This document shows, piece after piece, positions 8,457 through 18,591 of a stretch of 64,000 bases of DNA. The stretch is from sequence record PZ452588.1. One strand, written 5' to 3'. The position numbers were made by a program, and so were the translations under genes. The notes under the pieces were generated by a model. The model was given only the letters and a program-made list of their open reading frames with translations. It searched no databases and was not told the DNA's origin. Every line of letters begins with the position of its first letter. Position 1 is the first letter of the stretch. Source of the DNA: a phage.

Positions 8457-10634
8457 TTAGGCCGCAAGGGCCTTCATAGTTTTAGCGATTTGGGAAACTT
8501 CATCATCACTTAAAGAGTTGCGATAACCGATGAAGTCGGAAACAATACGGAATTTCTTGGTAAACTCAGCAACCATTTTATCACTATTTTTTGAAGCATT
8601 ACGTGATAATTCATCAAAGAGATTAGTTACTGTCCAGATATCATGACCGATGGTATCTTTTCCACCATTGAAATACACACCGCGTAATGAACTAACCATA
8701 TTACCAAGTCGTGTATATTCTTCAGAAACTTCATCTGTACTGAAGTACTTCATCATAAAATCTAGTTCAGGATACTTGATAATTTTATCAATATATCGTT
8801 GAGCTGAACTTGAATAACCTACATACTTATCATAATCTACATCATCAAAAGCATCTACATATAAATCACGCAAAGCTTCAAAAATACATTGGCACTGACC
8901 AAGCTCTTTTACCTTTTTCTGCAAAAGCGGACGAATAACATAAAATTCATTAATGCCAATAAGATTAGCCATACGAATCAAAATATTCATAGATGGATGA
9001 CAAAGTGATGTAGTACCATCCATAGAGAAAATATCAGAACGATGCATATACGCTACATAACCAGTAATTTCATCTGCTTCTGACGTAAGTGTAAATAATT
9101 CCTCTTTTTCCCAACGCCCATCTTTAATTTCAAACTTAAATGCTGTAGCAGCTTTAGGACGAGGAGCTTTACTTTTAACTACCTTTGGAATATAGCTTTT
9201 AACTAAAGCTTCAATTTCTGACAAATAATGAATGTTAACTTCATCACTTTCAAACATCGCCATAATATCAGGAAGCAAATCAATCTGCGATTCTACTTCT
9301 GGATTAATAAACAGAAGACGCTCATTGTGATGAATATTCAAAGTGTTATTAAATTCACTATCATCTAACGCATGCGCTAATCCACGAACAATATTAACAC
9401 GATTTTTAATATCATCAATAACGATATTAATTTTTGTTGTATTAATACCAAACAGACGATAACTTGATGCAACGGCTGAAGTTTCATGGCTTTGTTTAAT
9501 GCGTTTCAGTCGAGGGTCAAGATTTACTTCATACACCACGCCTGCATTACATAACTTACTGTCAGGCTCAAACATGCTCTGCATCTTTTTATATGACAGA
9601 TTTTTAGTCGTGAATTTGACTGAATTACTAATCATATAATCTCGAGCAGAATACCCCATCTTCATCAATTCACGATATGTGTGACGAGGAGATGTAGATT
9701 CTTTAAATCGTTTTACATCTTCATTAAATGCTTTCTCACTGAGTTCTTTAACTCGTTCAATAATATTTTTACGAGTGCGATCATCTAATGAAAGAGCTTC
9801 GCGTGATGGAGCAATATCCAGTGAACCCATTGGAAACTTAATGTAATTCACTTCATTACGAATGCTTAGCCAGTTACGGTCTCTAATAACACCATCGATA
9901 GGATAAACAATACCACCATAGATAGCATATAATCCACCACGATCAGGCCAGTATCTTTCTGGATTTACACCGTAATAGTCATCAAAATCCGGAAAATAAT
10001 CAATTTCGCGGTCAAGACCATTAATAATAGCCAAATCTTTGAACGGTCGCATGATATAAGAAACTTCATAAGCAAAGTTTCTAAAGTCTTTTTCTTCAAC
10101 TGGAACTACGATTTCAATACCAGTTTTATCATCTGGACCCATTTCTTTTACGAATGTAGGTTTAATTTGTGGACCATCGCCATCCATGTAAGCTACATAA
10201 CCACGAATTTCACCTTTATGATACGAAGTAATACTAAATGTATCAGTATAACTAAACGGAGATTTAGAACCTAAACCAAATCCGCCAATGAAATCGTTAG
10301 ATTCAGCCTTAGATGAACTGAAATATGAATTATACAGACCAGGAGAATTATCATCACCCTGAATATCAAAATCACTCATACCCGGACCAAAATCTCGGCA
10401 AACAAATCGTGGATCTAAACGTCCAGGAACTTGAATGATAAATTTTTCAGGATTTCCATTGAGTGCATGGGCATCAATCATGTTGGTAATCAATTCACGG
10501 ACTACTGCGCGAATCTTGTTTGTATACAAATCAGATGACAGAATTTTAAATACTTTAGGATTTGCTGCGATGCTAAATGCTTTTGATTTAGAACCATTGC
10601 CAAGAATTGTTTCTTTTTCAGTGGTGATAATCAT
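8457..10634 (-). CDS. rIIA: rIIA protein (725 aa)
   Basis: 725-aa ORF with GHKL-type ATPase-like motifs ([26 protein letters not shown]); matches T4 rIIA length and position. Confidence 0.92.
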   Translation of the reverse strand: MIITTEKETILGNGSKSKAFSIAANPKVFKILSSDLYTNKIRAVVRELITNMIDAHALNGNPEKFIIQVPGRLDPRFVCRDFGPGMSDFDIQGDDNSPGLYNSYFSSSKAESNDFIGGFGLGSKSPFSYTDTFSITSYHKGEIRGYVAYMDGDGPQIKPTFVKEMGPDDKTGIEIVVPVEEKDFRNFAYEVSYIMRPFKDLAIINGLDREIDYFPDFDDYYGVNPERYWPDRGGLYAIYGGIVYPIDGVIRDRNWLSIRNEVNYIKFPMGSLDIAPSREALSLDDRTRKNIIERVKELSEKAFNEDVKRFKESTSPRHTYRELMKMGYSARDYMISNSVKFTTKNLSYKKMQSMFEPDSKLCNAGVVYEVNLDPRLKRIKQSHETSAVASSYRLFGINTTKINIVIDDIKNRVNIVRGLAHALDDSEFNNTLNIHHNERLLFINPEVESQIDLLPDIMAMFESDEVNIHYLSEIEALVKSYIPKVVKSKAPRPKAATAFKFEIKDGRWEKEELFTLTSEADEITGYVAYMHRSDIFSMDGTTSLCHPSMNILIRMANLIGINEFYVIRPLLQKKVKELGQCQCIFEALRDLYVDAFDDVDYDKYVGYSSSAQRYIDKIIKYPELDFMMKYFSTDEVSEEYTRLGNMVSSLRGVYFNGGKDTIGHDIWTVTNLFDELSRNASKNSDKMVAEFTKKFRIVSDFIGYRNSLSDDEVSQIAKTMKALAA

Positions 10635-10644
10635 AATTTCCTCA

Positions 10645-10848
10645 TTAATTCATATTGCGTTTAATAACTTCAGCAACTTCTAGTAGTTCGTCTTTAGTTG
10701 CGGTGTCGGATTGAATTTTATCTCTAATATCTTTAAAGCGGTTTTTAAATTCTTCGGCTTCTCCCATATCGAAAAAGCGTTGAATGATTCTATATTCTCG
10801 ATGAACTGCTTTATCAAAAAGTTCTAAATTTACTCTATATGATTTCAT
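10645..10848 (-). CDS. Hypothetical protein (67 aa), rIIA.1 position
   Basis: ORF between gene 39 and rIIA. Confidence 0.55.
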   Translation of the reverse strand: MKSYRVNLELFDKAVHREYRIIQRFFDMGEAEEFKNRFKDIRDKIQSDTATKDELLEVAEVIKRNMN

Positions 10849-10869
10849 TTCAATATCCTCATTTGCCCA

Positions 10870-10907
10870 ATTAATTATACCACATCCTTGTGGTAAAGTA
10901 AACTACT
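10870..10907 (-). promoter_or_regulatory. Early sigma70-type promoter
   Basis: Minus strand GTTTAC (fwd 10898-10903, overlapping gene 39 stop), 17-nt spacer, TATAAT (fwd 10875-10880). Confidence 0.6.
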
Positions 10908-12723
10908 GGCTCATCCATTCTTTACGAAGGTCAGCATTATCTCCCATGAGCATTTCAAAAAGCTCTTTCCAGTTCTCAGGAAGTTTAACAACATCATATA
11001 CTGGATTTTGAATCATCTCACGATATTCAGATTTTTCCAAAGAGCCAAGTCCCTTAATATAACGGATGCTATGTTTAGATAGAGCATCTTTAGCACTCTC
11101 ATATTCAGCGACTGTATAAAACCATTCTTGTTTTTTACCGACCTGGGCGATGATTACAGGAGTTTTGACAAAGCGAATTCGTCCTTGCTCAAACAATTCT
11201 GGCCAATTACTAAAAAATCCGAGCAGAGAAGGATAAATGCTTCCTAAACCATCATGGTCAGCATCGGTCATAATAGCAATATTATGATAATTCAAGTTTT
11301 CAGCTTTTTCACCAAGAACTAATCCAGTGATTGCGCAAATATCAAATAGTTCTTTGTTTTTAAGCATATCAGCATATGACATACCCCAACTATTGAGAAC
11401 TTTACCACGCAATGGATAACCACCATGAAGTTCTTTATCACGAACATCAATAAGATATCCGATAGCAGAATCACCCTCAGTCAAGAAAAGAGTAGTGTCA
11501 GCATCTTTACCACAAAGATTCGCTTTGATATGTTTATGAACCTTAGCTTTAGAAGCCTTTTTAGCTGCTTTAGTTTCTGCTGCTTTTTCTGCCGCCAATT
11601 TACGAGCCAACGCAGCTTCAATAATTGGCATTAAAATTGCTTCATTATTTAAAATAGCACGTGAAATCTTTTTAGCATCAAGTTGAATATGACTACGAAT
11701 TTCGCCAAATGGAGAAGTCAAACGCTCTTTAGTTTGAGAATCAAATCGCATGTTTTTCATATCACGAACAAACATAACGATAGTCAAACATTCTTTAACG
11801 CGTGCTTTAGTTACATCAATTTTGAATTTACGTTTGATTTGTGGAATAAGGTCTTCACAAATATCATCCATAACACAATCAATGTGATGACCACCATTCT
11901 TAGTGTGAATGTTATTCACATAAGTTAATTGACGAAAACCATCCGGTGAACGACCAACCGCAATAGAACAATTTTCTTGTTCTTGAACAATAGCGTGTTC
12001 ATCATACTGTCGTGCATATTTCTTAAAATTGTCCTGAACCTTTTTACCATTAAAGGTAAATTGAATATCAGGATAAACAACAGCAAGTGTCTGGAGACGA
12101 TCTAGTGTAATATCAAGATAAACCTGAGACAGCTCATTAGTTTCAAATGACATAAAATCAGGAATGAAAGTAACACGAGTTCCTTTCCATTTTCCAGGAA
12201 TAGTTTCCCAGGATTTATTTTCCATACCATTTGAACAACGAACTACAATATTATTTTGACCATCGCCAGTTTCACCGACAAACATCACAGAAAAAATGTT
12301 AGTTAAACTAGAACCAACACCATTCATACCGCCGGTGACGCGTTCTTTATCATCACCGAAGTTACCACCTGCTTTTGGAATAGTCCACGCAGCAACAGGA
12401 CCAGGAATTTCTTCACCAGTAGGTGTTTTAACCATCGCCTGTGGAATACCACGACCGTTATCTTCAACTGTTACTTGATTGTTTTTAATAGTAACATTAA
12501 TTTTATTTGCGAATTTAAACTTAGTACGAATACCTTCATCTACTGAGTTATCGATAATTTCATCAATAAGCTTAACAAGACCAGGTACATACTGAACACT
12601 TTCCCATTTACCAAACAGAAAGCGCTCATGCATTTCATTAGCAGAAGAGCCAATGTACATGCCACTACGCTTTTTGATATGTTCAATATCGCTCAGAATT
12701 TTAATTTCATTCTTAATCATCAC
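10903..12723 (-). CDS. 39: DNA topoisomerase II large subunit (GyrB-like), uninterrupted gene 39 (606 aa)
   Basis: GHKL ATPase motifs (EIIDNSVDE, DNGRGIP, GGMNGVGSS) plus TOPRIM region; C-terminus ...YDVVKLPENWKELFEMLMGDNADLRKEWMSQ corresponds to the part encoded by separate gene 60 in T4. Confidence 0.92.
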   Translation of the reverse strand: MMIKNEIKILSDIEHIKKRSGMYIGSSANEMHERFLFGKWESVQYVPGLVKLIDEIIDNSVDEGIRTKFKFANKINVTIKNNQVTVEDNGRGIPQAMVKTPTGEEIPGPVAAWTIPKAGGNFGDDKERVTGGMNGVGSSLTNIFSVMFVGETGDGQNNIVVRCSNGMENKSWETIPGKWKGTRVTFIPDFMSFETNELSQVYLDITLDRLQTLAVVYPDIQFTFNGKKVQDNFKKYARQYDEHAIVQEQENCSIAVGRSPDGFRQLTYVNNIHTKNGGHHIDCVMDDICEDLIPQIKRKFKIDVTKARVKECLTIVMFVRDMKNMRFDSQTKERLTSPFGEIRSHIQLDAKKISRAILNNEAILMPIIEAALARKLAAEKAAETKAAKKASKAKVHKHIKANLCGKDADTTLFLTEGDSAIGYLIDVRDKELHGGYPLRGKVLNSWGMSYADMLKNKELFDICAITGLVLGEKAENLNYHNIAIMTDADHDGLGSIYPSLLGFFSNWPELFEQGRIRFVKTPVIIAQVGKKQEWFYTVAEYESAKDALSKHSIRYIKGLGSLEKSEYREMIQNPVYDVVKLPENWKELFEMLMGDNADLRKEWMSQ

Positions 12724-12744
12724 TTATCCTCGTTTGGTTTCGGG

Positions 12745-12772
12745 AATATTATACTCCGGTAATCATAAAGCT
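12745..12772 (-). promoter_or_regulatory. Candidate MotA-dependent middle promoter for gene 39
   Basis: Minus strand AGCTTTA (MotA-box-like, fwd 12766-12772), 12-nt spacer, TATAAT (fwd 12748-12753). Confidence 0.5.
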
Positions 12773-12789
12773 AAAGGCCCGAAGGCCTT

Positions 12790-13059
12790 TTATTTAAAAC
12801 GAATAGTCGAATCCTTGAAGAATAGACCAGAACATACTGTTCCTTCTACTTTCTGCCCGGTAGGTCCAATAGCACGAAATCCAGTATGTTGGAAATCATT
12901 TTCAGAGCAACCGAACCAATTATATCCAGTGATTTCAATATTAGTAAAACCACTTGAAGACAAAACTTTAGTTGCATTATCAGCATCAGTACATCCTACT
13001 AAAGATACTGCTAATACTAATGCTGCGATAGAACGATTAATATATTTCATAATTTTCAC
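12790..13059 (-). CDS. Putative lipoprotein (89 aa)
   Basis: N-terminal signal peptide with lipobox LVGC. Confidence 0.55.
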   Translation of the reverse strand: MKIMKYINRSIAALVLAVSLVGCTDADNATKVLSSSGFTNIEITGYNWFGCSENDFQHTGFRAIGPTGQKVEGTVCSGLFFKDSTIRFK

Positions 13060-13427
13060 TTAAATTTAATAGCTTGAAGAAGACTAATAATTCTCAAGCG
13101 ACTTCTTTCATCTTTAACTGTAAATGAAAGAGGGTCGCCAGATTTCATAGTAATAGTGCATTCAAAATCAAAATCTTCTGTGACTTCTTCGAAAAAGTCA
13201 AATTCTTCATCATAAATTAGAACACTACTTTGCAGACTATGAAGAGTTTTTCCAGCATTTCCAGATGCTGTACCAATCATTGTAACATTATGACCTTTCA
13301 TATCTTCAACGATAAATTCGTTTGTCAATATTACAACATTAATAGAACTATTCCTATTACTAGCAGAAAGTAGAAATTTCTGTTCTTCACCTTCGCGAAT
13401 ACGATATTTCTTACCGATTTTAAACAT
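13056..13427 (-). CDS. Hypothetical protein (about 123 aa)
   Basis: ORF; first ATG at 13425-13427 (track ORF uses upstream GTG). Confidence 0.5.
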   Translation of the reverse strand: MFKIGKKYRIREGEEQKFLLSASNRNSSINVVILTNEFIVEDMKGHNVTMIGTASGNAGKTLHSLQSSVLIYDEEFDFFEEVTEDFDFECTITMKSGDPLSFTVKDERSRLRIISLLQAIKFK

Positions 13428-13429
13428 AA

Positions 13430-13606
13430 TCACCCTTTAAGTAAGTCGTAAAAACCACCATTCACATGCTTAGGAGCAGAAGGCCGACGAGTAGACAAAC
13501 GATGACATTTAGGGCAAACATCATTTTCTCGTTCAGAAATCTTTTTAATTTTTTCATATTCATGCCCGCAATCTTCGGATTGGCATTTATAATCATACAT
13601 TGGCAT
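13430..13606 (-). CDS. Small zinc-ribbon protein (58 aa), not in ORF track
   Basis: Hand translation MPMYDYKCQSEDCGHEYEKIKKISERENDVCPKCHRLSTRRP... has two CxxC pairs. Confidence 0.5.
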   Translation of the reverse strand: MPMYDYKCQSEDCGHEYEKIKKISERENDVCPKCHRLSTRRPSAPKHVNGGFYDLLKG

Positions 13607-13608
13607 AA

Positions 13609-14028
13609 TTATTCCTTAAAGTGAGCTTTCAACATCTGATACAAGGACCATGCCTGTTCATTATTTTCAATAGTAACTTTCATTACCGGGAATTCTGTGA
13701 AATCTTCTATTTGTTCTTGCTCTTCCTGCTCTTGTTCTTCAGCAGCCTGGTAGGGATTTTCAACTTCATCAAAGAACCCAGCTTCGTTAGTAGAGAGCCA
13801 AATAAAGTTTTCGTCAATGACTGTACCTTGTGTTGAATATCCAACTATGCCAGTAGATGTCACAATTTTAGTAGGACGCCCGTAATAGTCAACATCTAAA
13901 ATTTTAAAAGGTTCCATACCTAAACGCCGCGCATAGATTCCGTTATCAGTATGGTCTTTAATAAAATTTTCTTGTGCTTGTTTATTTTTAAATTGATACC
14001 ATTTATTAACTTCAAATTTAATAGCCAT
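13609..14028 (-). CDS. Hypothetical acidic protein (139 aa)
   Basis: ORF with acidic low-complexity stretch [10 protein letters not shown]. Confidence 0.5.
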   Translation of the reverse strand: MAIKFEVNKWYQFKNKQAQENFIKDHTDNGIYARRLGMEPFKILDVDYYGRPTKIVTSTGIVGYSTQGTVIDENFIWLSTNEAGFFDEVENPYQAAEEQEQEEQEQIEDFTEFPVMKVTIENNEQAWSLYQMLKAHFKE

Positions 14029-14243
14029 TAATAAATTTCCTTCCAGTAAGTTGTGCCATCTTCGGTAATTTCACGAAATACACCGTAAATTGGTTGTTTA
14101 TCACCGACTTTCTCATACACATAAACAGAAGTCAAGTGAGTAAACTTGATAGTGTGTTCCTTTTGAACTACTACCAAATCTGGATCGAATAATACATCTT
14201 CAAATTCATCATTAGTGCAATTCTGAACAATTTTACGTTTCAT
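14028..14243 (-). CDS. Hypothetical protein (71 aa)
   Basis: ORF with overlapping start/stop with upstream gene. Confidence 0.5.
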   Translation of the reverse strand: MKRKIVQNCTNDEFEDVLFDPDLVVVQKEHTIKFTHLTSVYVYEKVGDKQPIYGVFREITEDGTTYWKEIY

Positions 14244-14342
14244 TACAATTTCCTCATTAATTGAACAGTGGAGCGATGCGTTTCAGAAAAGTATCAGCAC
14301 CTTTGGCGAATTTTCCATTTTATTCTCCAAGTTGTTTTCTAT

Positions 14343-14386
14343 ATCAGTAGTTGATATTGATATAGTACCATAATCAACTACTGATG
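14343..14386. repeat. Inverted repeat: ATCAGTAGTTGAT ... ATCAACTACTGAT (13-bp arms) around a -10-like element
   Basis: Arms at 14343-14355 and 14374-14386 are exact reverse complements; the arm sequence is the conserved leader of the recurring early-promoter module. Confidence 0.7.
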
Positions 14387-14415
14387 TATATAGTTTTATG
14401 AAAAAAATTTAAACT

Positions 14416-14904
14416 TTATGCATAGAGCGCATTTCTATAGTGTTTAATCCAACTTTCAGGAATGACTTTGTATGTTCCTAAAAATACCACGTTGTACAAC
14501 TTAACACCATCTTCTACCCATTGATCGGTAATGTATCCACACATAGCACGAGTATAAACAGCCTTTCCATCATCTGGAATGAATTTAAATTCACAAGGAG
14601 CAATGAACTTAATAGATTGACCGAGTTTCCACTTAAAGTCTACACCTACATGCGAAGTATCAATCGTCTCAATTCCTTTAGCGGGAACAGCTTTCAAAAA
14701 CGCAGATTCAAGAAATTTCGCGCGAACATAACCAAACTGAGGTTTAGACTTTCCATCTTTAGGAATGATACGAACTTTTACTTCAGAATCTTCATCTTTA
14801 ACACCATGCTTAAGCTGAATGCTTACAATTTCGACCAATTTTCCTGCTGCTTTAGAGCGGGATTTATCAGATACACGAGCTAATTCACCAATATTAATAA
14901 TCAT
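14416..14904 (-). CDS. motB: Probable MotB (162 aa)
   Basis: 162-aa ORF at T4 motB position with matching length; sequence not independently recalled. Confidence 0.65.
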   Translation of the reverse strand: MIINIGELARVSDKSRSKAAGKLVEIVSIQLKHGVKDEDSEVKVRIIPKDGKSKPQFGYVRAKFLESAFLKAVPAKGIETIDTSHVGVDFKWKLGQSIKFIAPCEFKFIPDDGKAVYTRAMCGYITDQWVEDGVKLYNVVFLGTYKVIPESWIKHYRNALYA

Positions 14905-14944
14905 AGTTATCTCTCACTTGTTAAAAAGATTTTATACTCCACGG

Positions 14945-14982
14945 GACCATTATACACCGGTCCCAAGAGTTTGTAAACTATT
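14945..14982 (-). promoter_or_regulatory. Early promoter upstream of motB with hairpin spanning the -10
   Basis: Minus strand GTTTAC (fwd 14973-14978), TATAAT (fwd 14949-14954) lying inside hairpin GGGACC...GGTCCC (14943-14964). Confidence 0.5.
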
Positions 14983-15520
14983 AATTCAAAATAGCTACCA
15001 CTGCACTACGAGGTACTACGCTAAAATCGCCTGCATGAACAACGTTCAGAAGTTCAACACCATCTTCAATCCATTGGTCTGTTACCCAACCACAGACCGA
15101 AATAAATGGAGTCTTGATAGCTACCGCATGAGTTAGAAGGTCAGTAGGATCGCATTCTTGAAAGAGGATGAACTCTGCTTCAAAAACTATAGTTTTAATT
15201 ACTTCATCATTATCTAAACGGCGTACTCGAATCACGTAAGCTTTATTCTTATCATACCAGTTACTTTTTGAAAAGCTTTTAACCACAAACTCGCCTTCAC
15301 CAAAAGCATTAGTCAATGCTTTATAACCCAAATTTAGTTCAGTAGTTTTAATTTCAGTTTCCACCAATTTGTAGGTTTTGCCGATTTCAATAGCGGTAGT
15401 CATAGTAGGTTCCTTAATTTCCAGTGGTTTAACAGGGCATACATAAGTGCTTACAACATCAAAATCAATCAGTTTAGCTACCGGATTTGGTATGTATTCA
15501 GGATTATAATTAAATTTCAT
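14981..15520 (-). CDS. Hypothetical protein (179 aa) sharing a C-terminal module with MotB
   Basis: C-terminus CGWVTDQWIEDGVELLNVV aligns with MotB CGYITDQWVEDGVKLYNVV. Confidence 0.55.
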   Translation of the reverse strand: MKFNYNPEYIPNPVAKLIDFDVVSTYVCPVKPLEIKEPTMTTAIEIGKTYKLVETEIKTTELNLGYKALTNAFGEGEFVVKSFSKSNWYDKNKAYVIRVRRLDNDEVIKTIVFEAEFILFQECDPTDLLTHAVAIKTPFISVCGWVTDQWIEDGVELLNVVHAGDFSVVPRSAVVAILN

Positions 15521-15522
15521 AA

Positions 15523-16023
15523 TTATCTCATTTCAATAAAATCTACGAGTTCAGCATGCGATTTGCGGAACATTACTTGGTGACCGCCAATGATAACTTC
15601 ATCTTCAGGAACTTCGTATACAGCGAGATAAAATCCTTTAGAAGATAATTCTTCCCGCTCTTCTCGTGTGAACCATCTCATCATATCATATTCGCTAGCG
15701 AAAGCAAAATGATAAAGAGCTATAAACCATCCTGGAATATGATATTCTACTCCAACATAATCTTTCTTGAACTTAGTATTAATTACTATATTAGAGTTTT
15801 TAACTAATAGTTTATCTTCGTGCGGTAAAGGAATTCTTTTATTATTATCGCTATGATGCATAAAATTAGGTCTGTCATAACCTACGTGTAATAGCCACTC
15901 TTCGCTCCATGAATCTATTATACTCCTGTACGGCGTTATTTGAACACAAAGATTTCGACGTATTGTTATAGCATCTTCATAATCAAGAATACTAAACGAT
16001 GATTCAACACGATAAATTTTCAT
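15523..16023 (-). CDS. Hypothetical protein (about 166 aa)
   Basis: Start set at ATG after GAGGA SD (track ORF extended to 16062). Confidence 0.5.
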   Translation of the reverse strand: MKIYRVESSFSILDYEDAITIRRNLCVQITPYRSIIDSWSEEWLLHVGYDRPNFMHHSDNNKRIPLPHEDKLLVKNSNIVINTKFKKDYVGVEYHIPGWFIALYHFAFASEYDMMRWFTREEREELSSKGFYLAVYEVPEDEVIIGGHQVMFRKSHAELVDFIEMR

Positions 16024-16047
16024 TTTATTATCCTCAGTAGCTATGGT

Positions 16048-16084
16048 GTTATAATACCACAACTAACCGAGGAAGTAAACAACT
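16048..16084 (-). promoter_or_regulatory. Early sigma70-type promoter
   Basis: Minus strand GTTTAC (fwd 16075-16080) and TATTAT (fwd 16051-16056). Confidence 0.5.
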
Positions 16085-16086
16085 TT

Positions 16087-16770
16087 TTATCGTTTTGTTG
16101 GAAGAGACAGAGGATCGCAATCTTCCTCTGACGGAGCATCTTCAAGACCCATAGCATATCGCAAAGCATACTTCATCATCAGGATGTCTTTCGCACAGTC
16201 ATGAATAGAATCATGCGCAACGAATCCATCTAAAGTTCCTTTTGGAAGAGGACACGTGGTCATATCACGAACAAGCAGAAGTGCTTCAATTCTGGTACGA
16301 ATATCACGCTGATTCCAGAATTTACATGGTTCTAACTTAAATGTATCAAGCTCATTCTCAGAAACACCATTAAGACGTTGAATATCGCGAATGAGATCGA
16401 CTAAAATTGGAAAATCAAACGACATTCCACGGCACCAACCCTGGGATTTCCAAGGATCGATATTATGCGCATTGATGTAATCATTAAATTTTGCAATACC
16501 ATCGATAGTGCTTACATCTTCATCTGATGGTGCAATATTTTTTCTAGCTTCAGGCGATTGATTTTTCCACCATTCAATAGTGCTTTTAGTAAAAAGACGG
16601 TGTCCTTTTTGACTTTTTAAGTCAAATTTAATTTTAATGCCACGTGAAACTAGTTCATCGAATGTTTCAACTACTTCTGGATTAGGGTCAAAGGCAATAA
16701 CAGCCAAATCAATAACAGCTGCTTTTTCACCACTTCCCATTGTTTCAAAATCTATAATAAAATCAAACAT
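16087..16770 (-). CDS. dexA: Exonuclease A DexA (DEDDh 3'-5' exonuclease, 227 aa)
   Basis: 227-aa ORF with N-terminal DFETMG exonuclease motif; T4 dexA size and position. Confidence 0.85.
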   Translation of the reverse strand: MFDFIIDFETMGSGEKAAVIDLAVIAFDPNPEVVETFDELVSRGIKIKFDLKSQKGHRLFTKSTIEWWKNQSPEARKNIAPSDEDVSTIDGIAKFNDYINAHNIDPWKSQGWCRGMSFDFPILVDLIRDIQRLNGVSENELDTFKLEPCKFWNQRDIRTRIEALLLVRDMTTCPLPKGTLDGFVAHDSIHDCAKDILMMKYALRYAMGLEDAPSEEDCDPLSLPTKR

Positions 16771-17045
16771 TAAACTTTCCTCGCTAAATCGCGAATTTGG
16801 CCTACAGTATAGTCTTGAATATAAACTTTATTAATAGGTTCATCAATAAATTTTGTCATAGATTCAATATCTTTTTGTATCTCTTCAAGACTGTATATTA
16901 TCTTTAAAGCTTTTTCGCGAATAGTAATATTTTCAGGACCAGAATTTTTCTCAATGACAGCTTTAACATTTGTCATAAGAGATTTAAACTGACACCAACT
17001 TAATTCAATCATTAATAACCGCCTTATAAAGATGGCTAATTTCAC
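16770..17045 (-). CDS. Hypothetical protein (91 aa), dexA.1 position
   Basis: ORF. Confidence 0.5.
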   Translation of the reverse strand: MKLAIFIRRLLMIELSWCQFKSLMTNVKAVIEKNSGPENITIREKALKIIYSLEEIQKDIESMTKFIDEPINKVYIQDYTVGQIRDLARKV

Positions 17046-17265
17046 CTAAAATGTAATCACTGATTGTGACAGTTTTCACTTCACCGCAAAAGAATTCTAA
17101 CGCAATCAAATCTCGTTCAATTTCTTCCAATTGAAGCATTAACTTTCCTGATTCAGTTTTCACATTTTTGCGATTTTTGCTATAAGCTATTTCATAAATT
17201 TCGCTAACTTTATCCTGAAGAAGATAAAACTGATCTTTAGTTATTTCCACGAATAGCTTCCTCAA
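17005..17265 (-). CDS. Hypothetical protein (86 aa), dexA.2 position
   Basis: ORF; weak resemblance to the preceding ORF. Confidence 0.5.
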   Translation of the reverse strand: MRKLFVEITKDQFYLLQDKVSEIYEIAYSKNRKNVKTESGKLMLQLEEIERDLIALEFFCGEVKTVTISDYILGEISHLYKAVIND

Positions 17266-17271
17266 ATTTAA

Positions 17272-18591
17272 TCATACATAAAACACATCATAACGACCAC
17301 GTGTTACACCAACATAAAGAAGCTGCTGAGCTAGTTCAGCATCTGCATAATGAATACAAGGCGTATAAATGAAAGCACGGTCTACAGACATGCCCTGCGC
17401 TTTATGGAATGTTGATGCAGGAAGTGCTTTCACTTTACTAAACTGTGATTTAGCATCCCAAAAATCACTCCACGGAGCTTTTCCGCCTTTATTCCAATTT
17501 TTGTAAGTTTCTGCCGTTTTACCTAAAAATAGGTTAAACTTATATAGCTCTTCATCAGATGAAATTATTTTAATCTTTTCACGATAATATTCATCATCGC
17601 CATAAGTTTCTACTGTTAAATCCCAATGACGAATTAGATATTCTCCAGGAACACCACGAGCTTTAACAAATGTTGATGTATACTCTGCTTCTATAATACG
17701 AACTAATTGTCCGTTATTAAAAATAATTTCTGACACAGGCTTTCCATCAATTTTATATGTTTTAATTAATGGTTCCTGCATTACAATAATTTCACCGACA
17801 ATAAAATCTTTATCAGTTTCAAAAATCTTTTTACGAATAATGCTATTTAACTTGTCAACAGATTTATTCGTAAATGCCATTACGCGATTTTCAAACAAAT
17901 CATCTAGTGATTTGACGATTGAAAAATAATTTACCATAAAATCACGTAAAGCGGTATCACCAGTAAATCCACGTACTCCATGCCCGTCAACAATTTTATC
18001 ATAAATCCACTTACCGTTACGAACGTCAGTAGCTACATCAATAATAGGAGCATTACTGCGTTTAACTTCAGTAAGTTCACACTGATAAAAATCTTTGTGT
18101 GTAAAGAATGGACTGATATAAGCAGTATTTTCTCCTGGATCAACAGGTCTAATTTGCTTATTATCCCCTATTCCAATTATAGTACACCACGGCGGGATAG
18201 TTGAAAGCAGAATTTTAAATAGCTTTCTATCATACATTGACACTTCATCGCAGATTAATACTCTGCATTTAGCTAAATCCGGTACTTCCTTCTGTTCAAA
18301 AAGAACATTTTCTTCATATGTTACCGGGTTAATTTTAAGAATACTATGAATAGTACTCGCTTCTTTCCCTGATAGTTTTGAAAGAATCTTTTTAGCCGCA
18401 TGTGTAGGAGCTGCTAAAATAATACCAGTTTCACCCGTAGATATTAAAGCTTCAATGATGAACTTAGTAAGAGTAGTCTTACCAGTACCAGCAGGTCCAT
18501 TAATAGTTACATGATGTTTCTTTTCTTTAATAGCCCTCATAACGATGTTAAAGGCATTTTTCTGGCCTTCTGTCAAATCATCAAATGTCAT
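17272..18591 (-). CDS. dda: Dda DNA helicase (SF1, 439 aa)
   Basis: 439-aa ORF with Walker A GPAGTGKTT; matches recalled T4 Dda. Confidence 0.92.
   Translation of the reverse strand: MTFDDLTEGQKNAFNIVMRAIKEKKHHVTINGPAGTGKTTLTKFIIEALISTGETGIILAAPTHAAKKILSKLSGKEASTIHSILKINPVTYEENVLFEQKEVPDLAKCRVLICDEVSMYDRKLFKILLSTIPPWCTIIGIGDNKQIRPVDPGENTAYISPFFTHKDFYQCELTEVKRSNAPIIDVATDVRNGKWIYDKIVDGHGVRGFTGDTALRDFMVNYFSIVKSLDDLFENRVMAFTNKSVDKLNSIIRKKIFETDKDFIVGEIIVMQEPLIKTYKIDGKPVSEIIFNNGQLVRIIEAEYTSTFVKARGVPGEYLIRHWDLTVETYGDDEYYREKIKIISSDEELYKFNLFLGKTAETYKNWNKGGKAPWSDFWDAKSQFSKVKALPASTFHKAQGMSVDRAFIYTPCIHYADAELAQQLLYVGVTRGRYDVFYV

Noticed and set aside
12653-13063. Plus-strand 136-aa ORF overlapping the lipoprotein gene and gene 39 start
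   Set aside because: Antisense to two supported genes and spans the middle-promoter/hairpin region; no SD.
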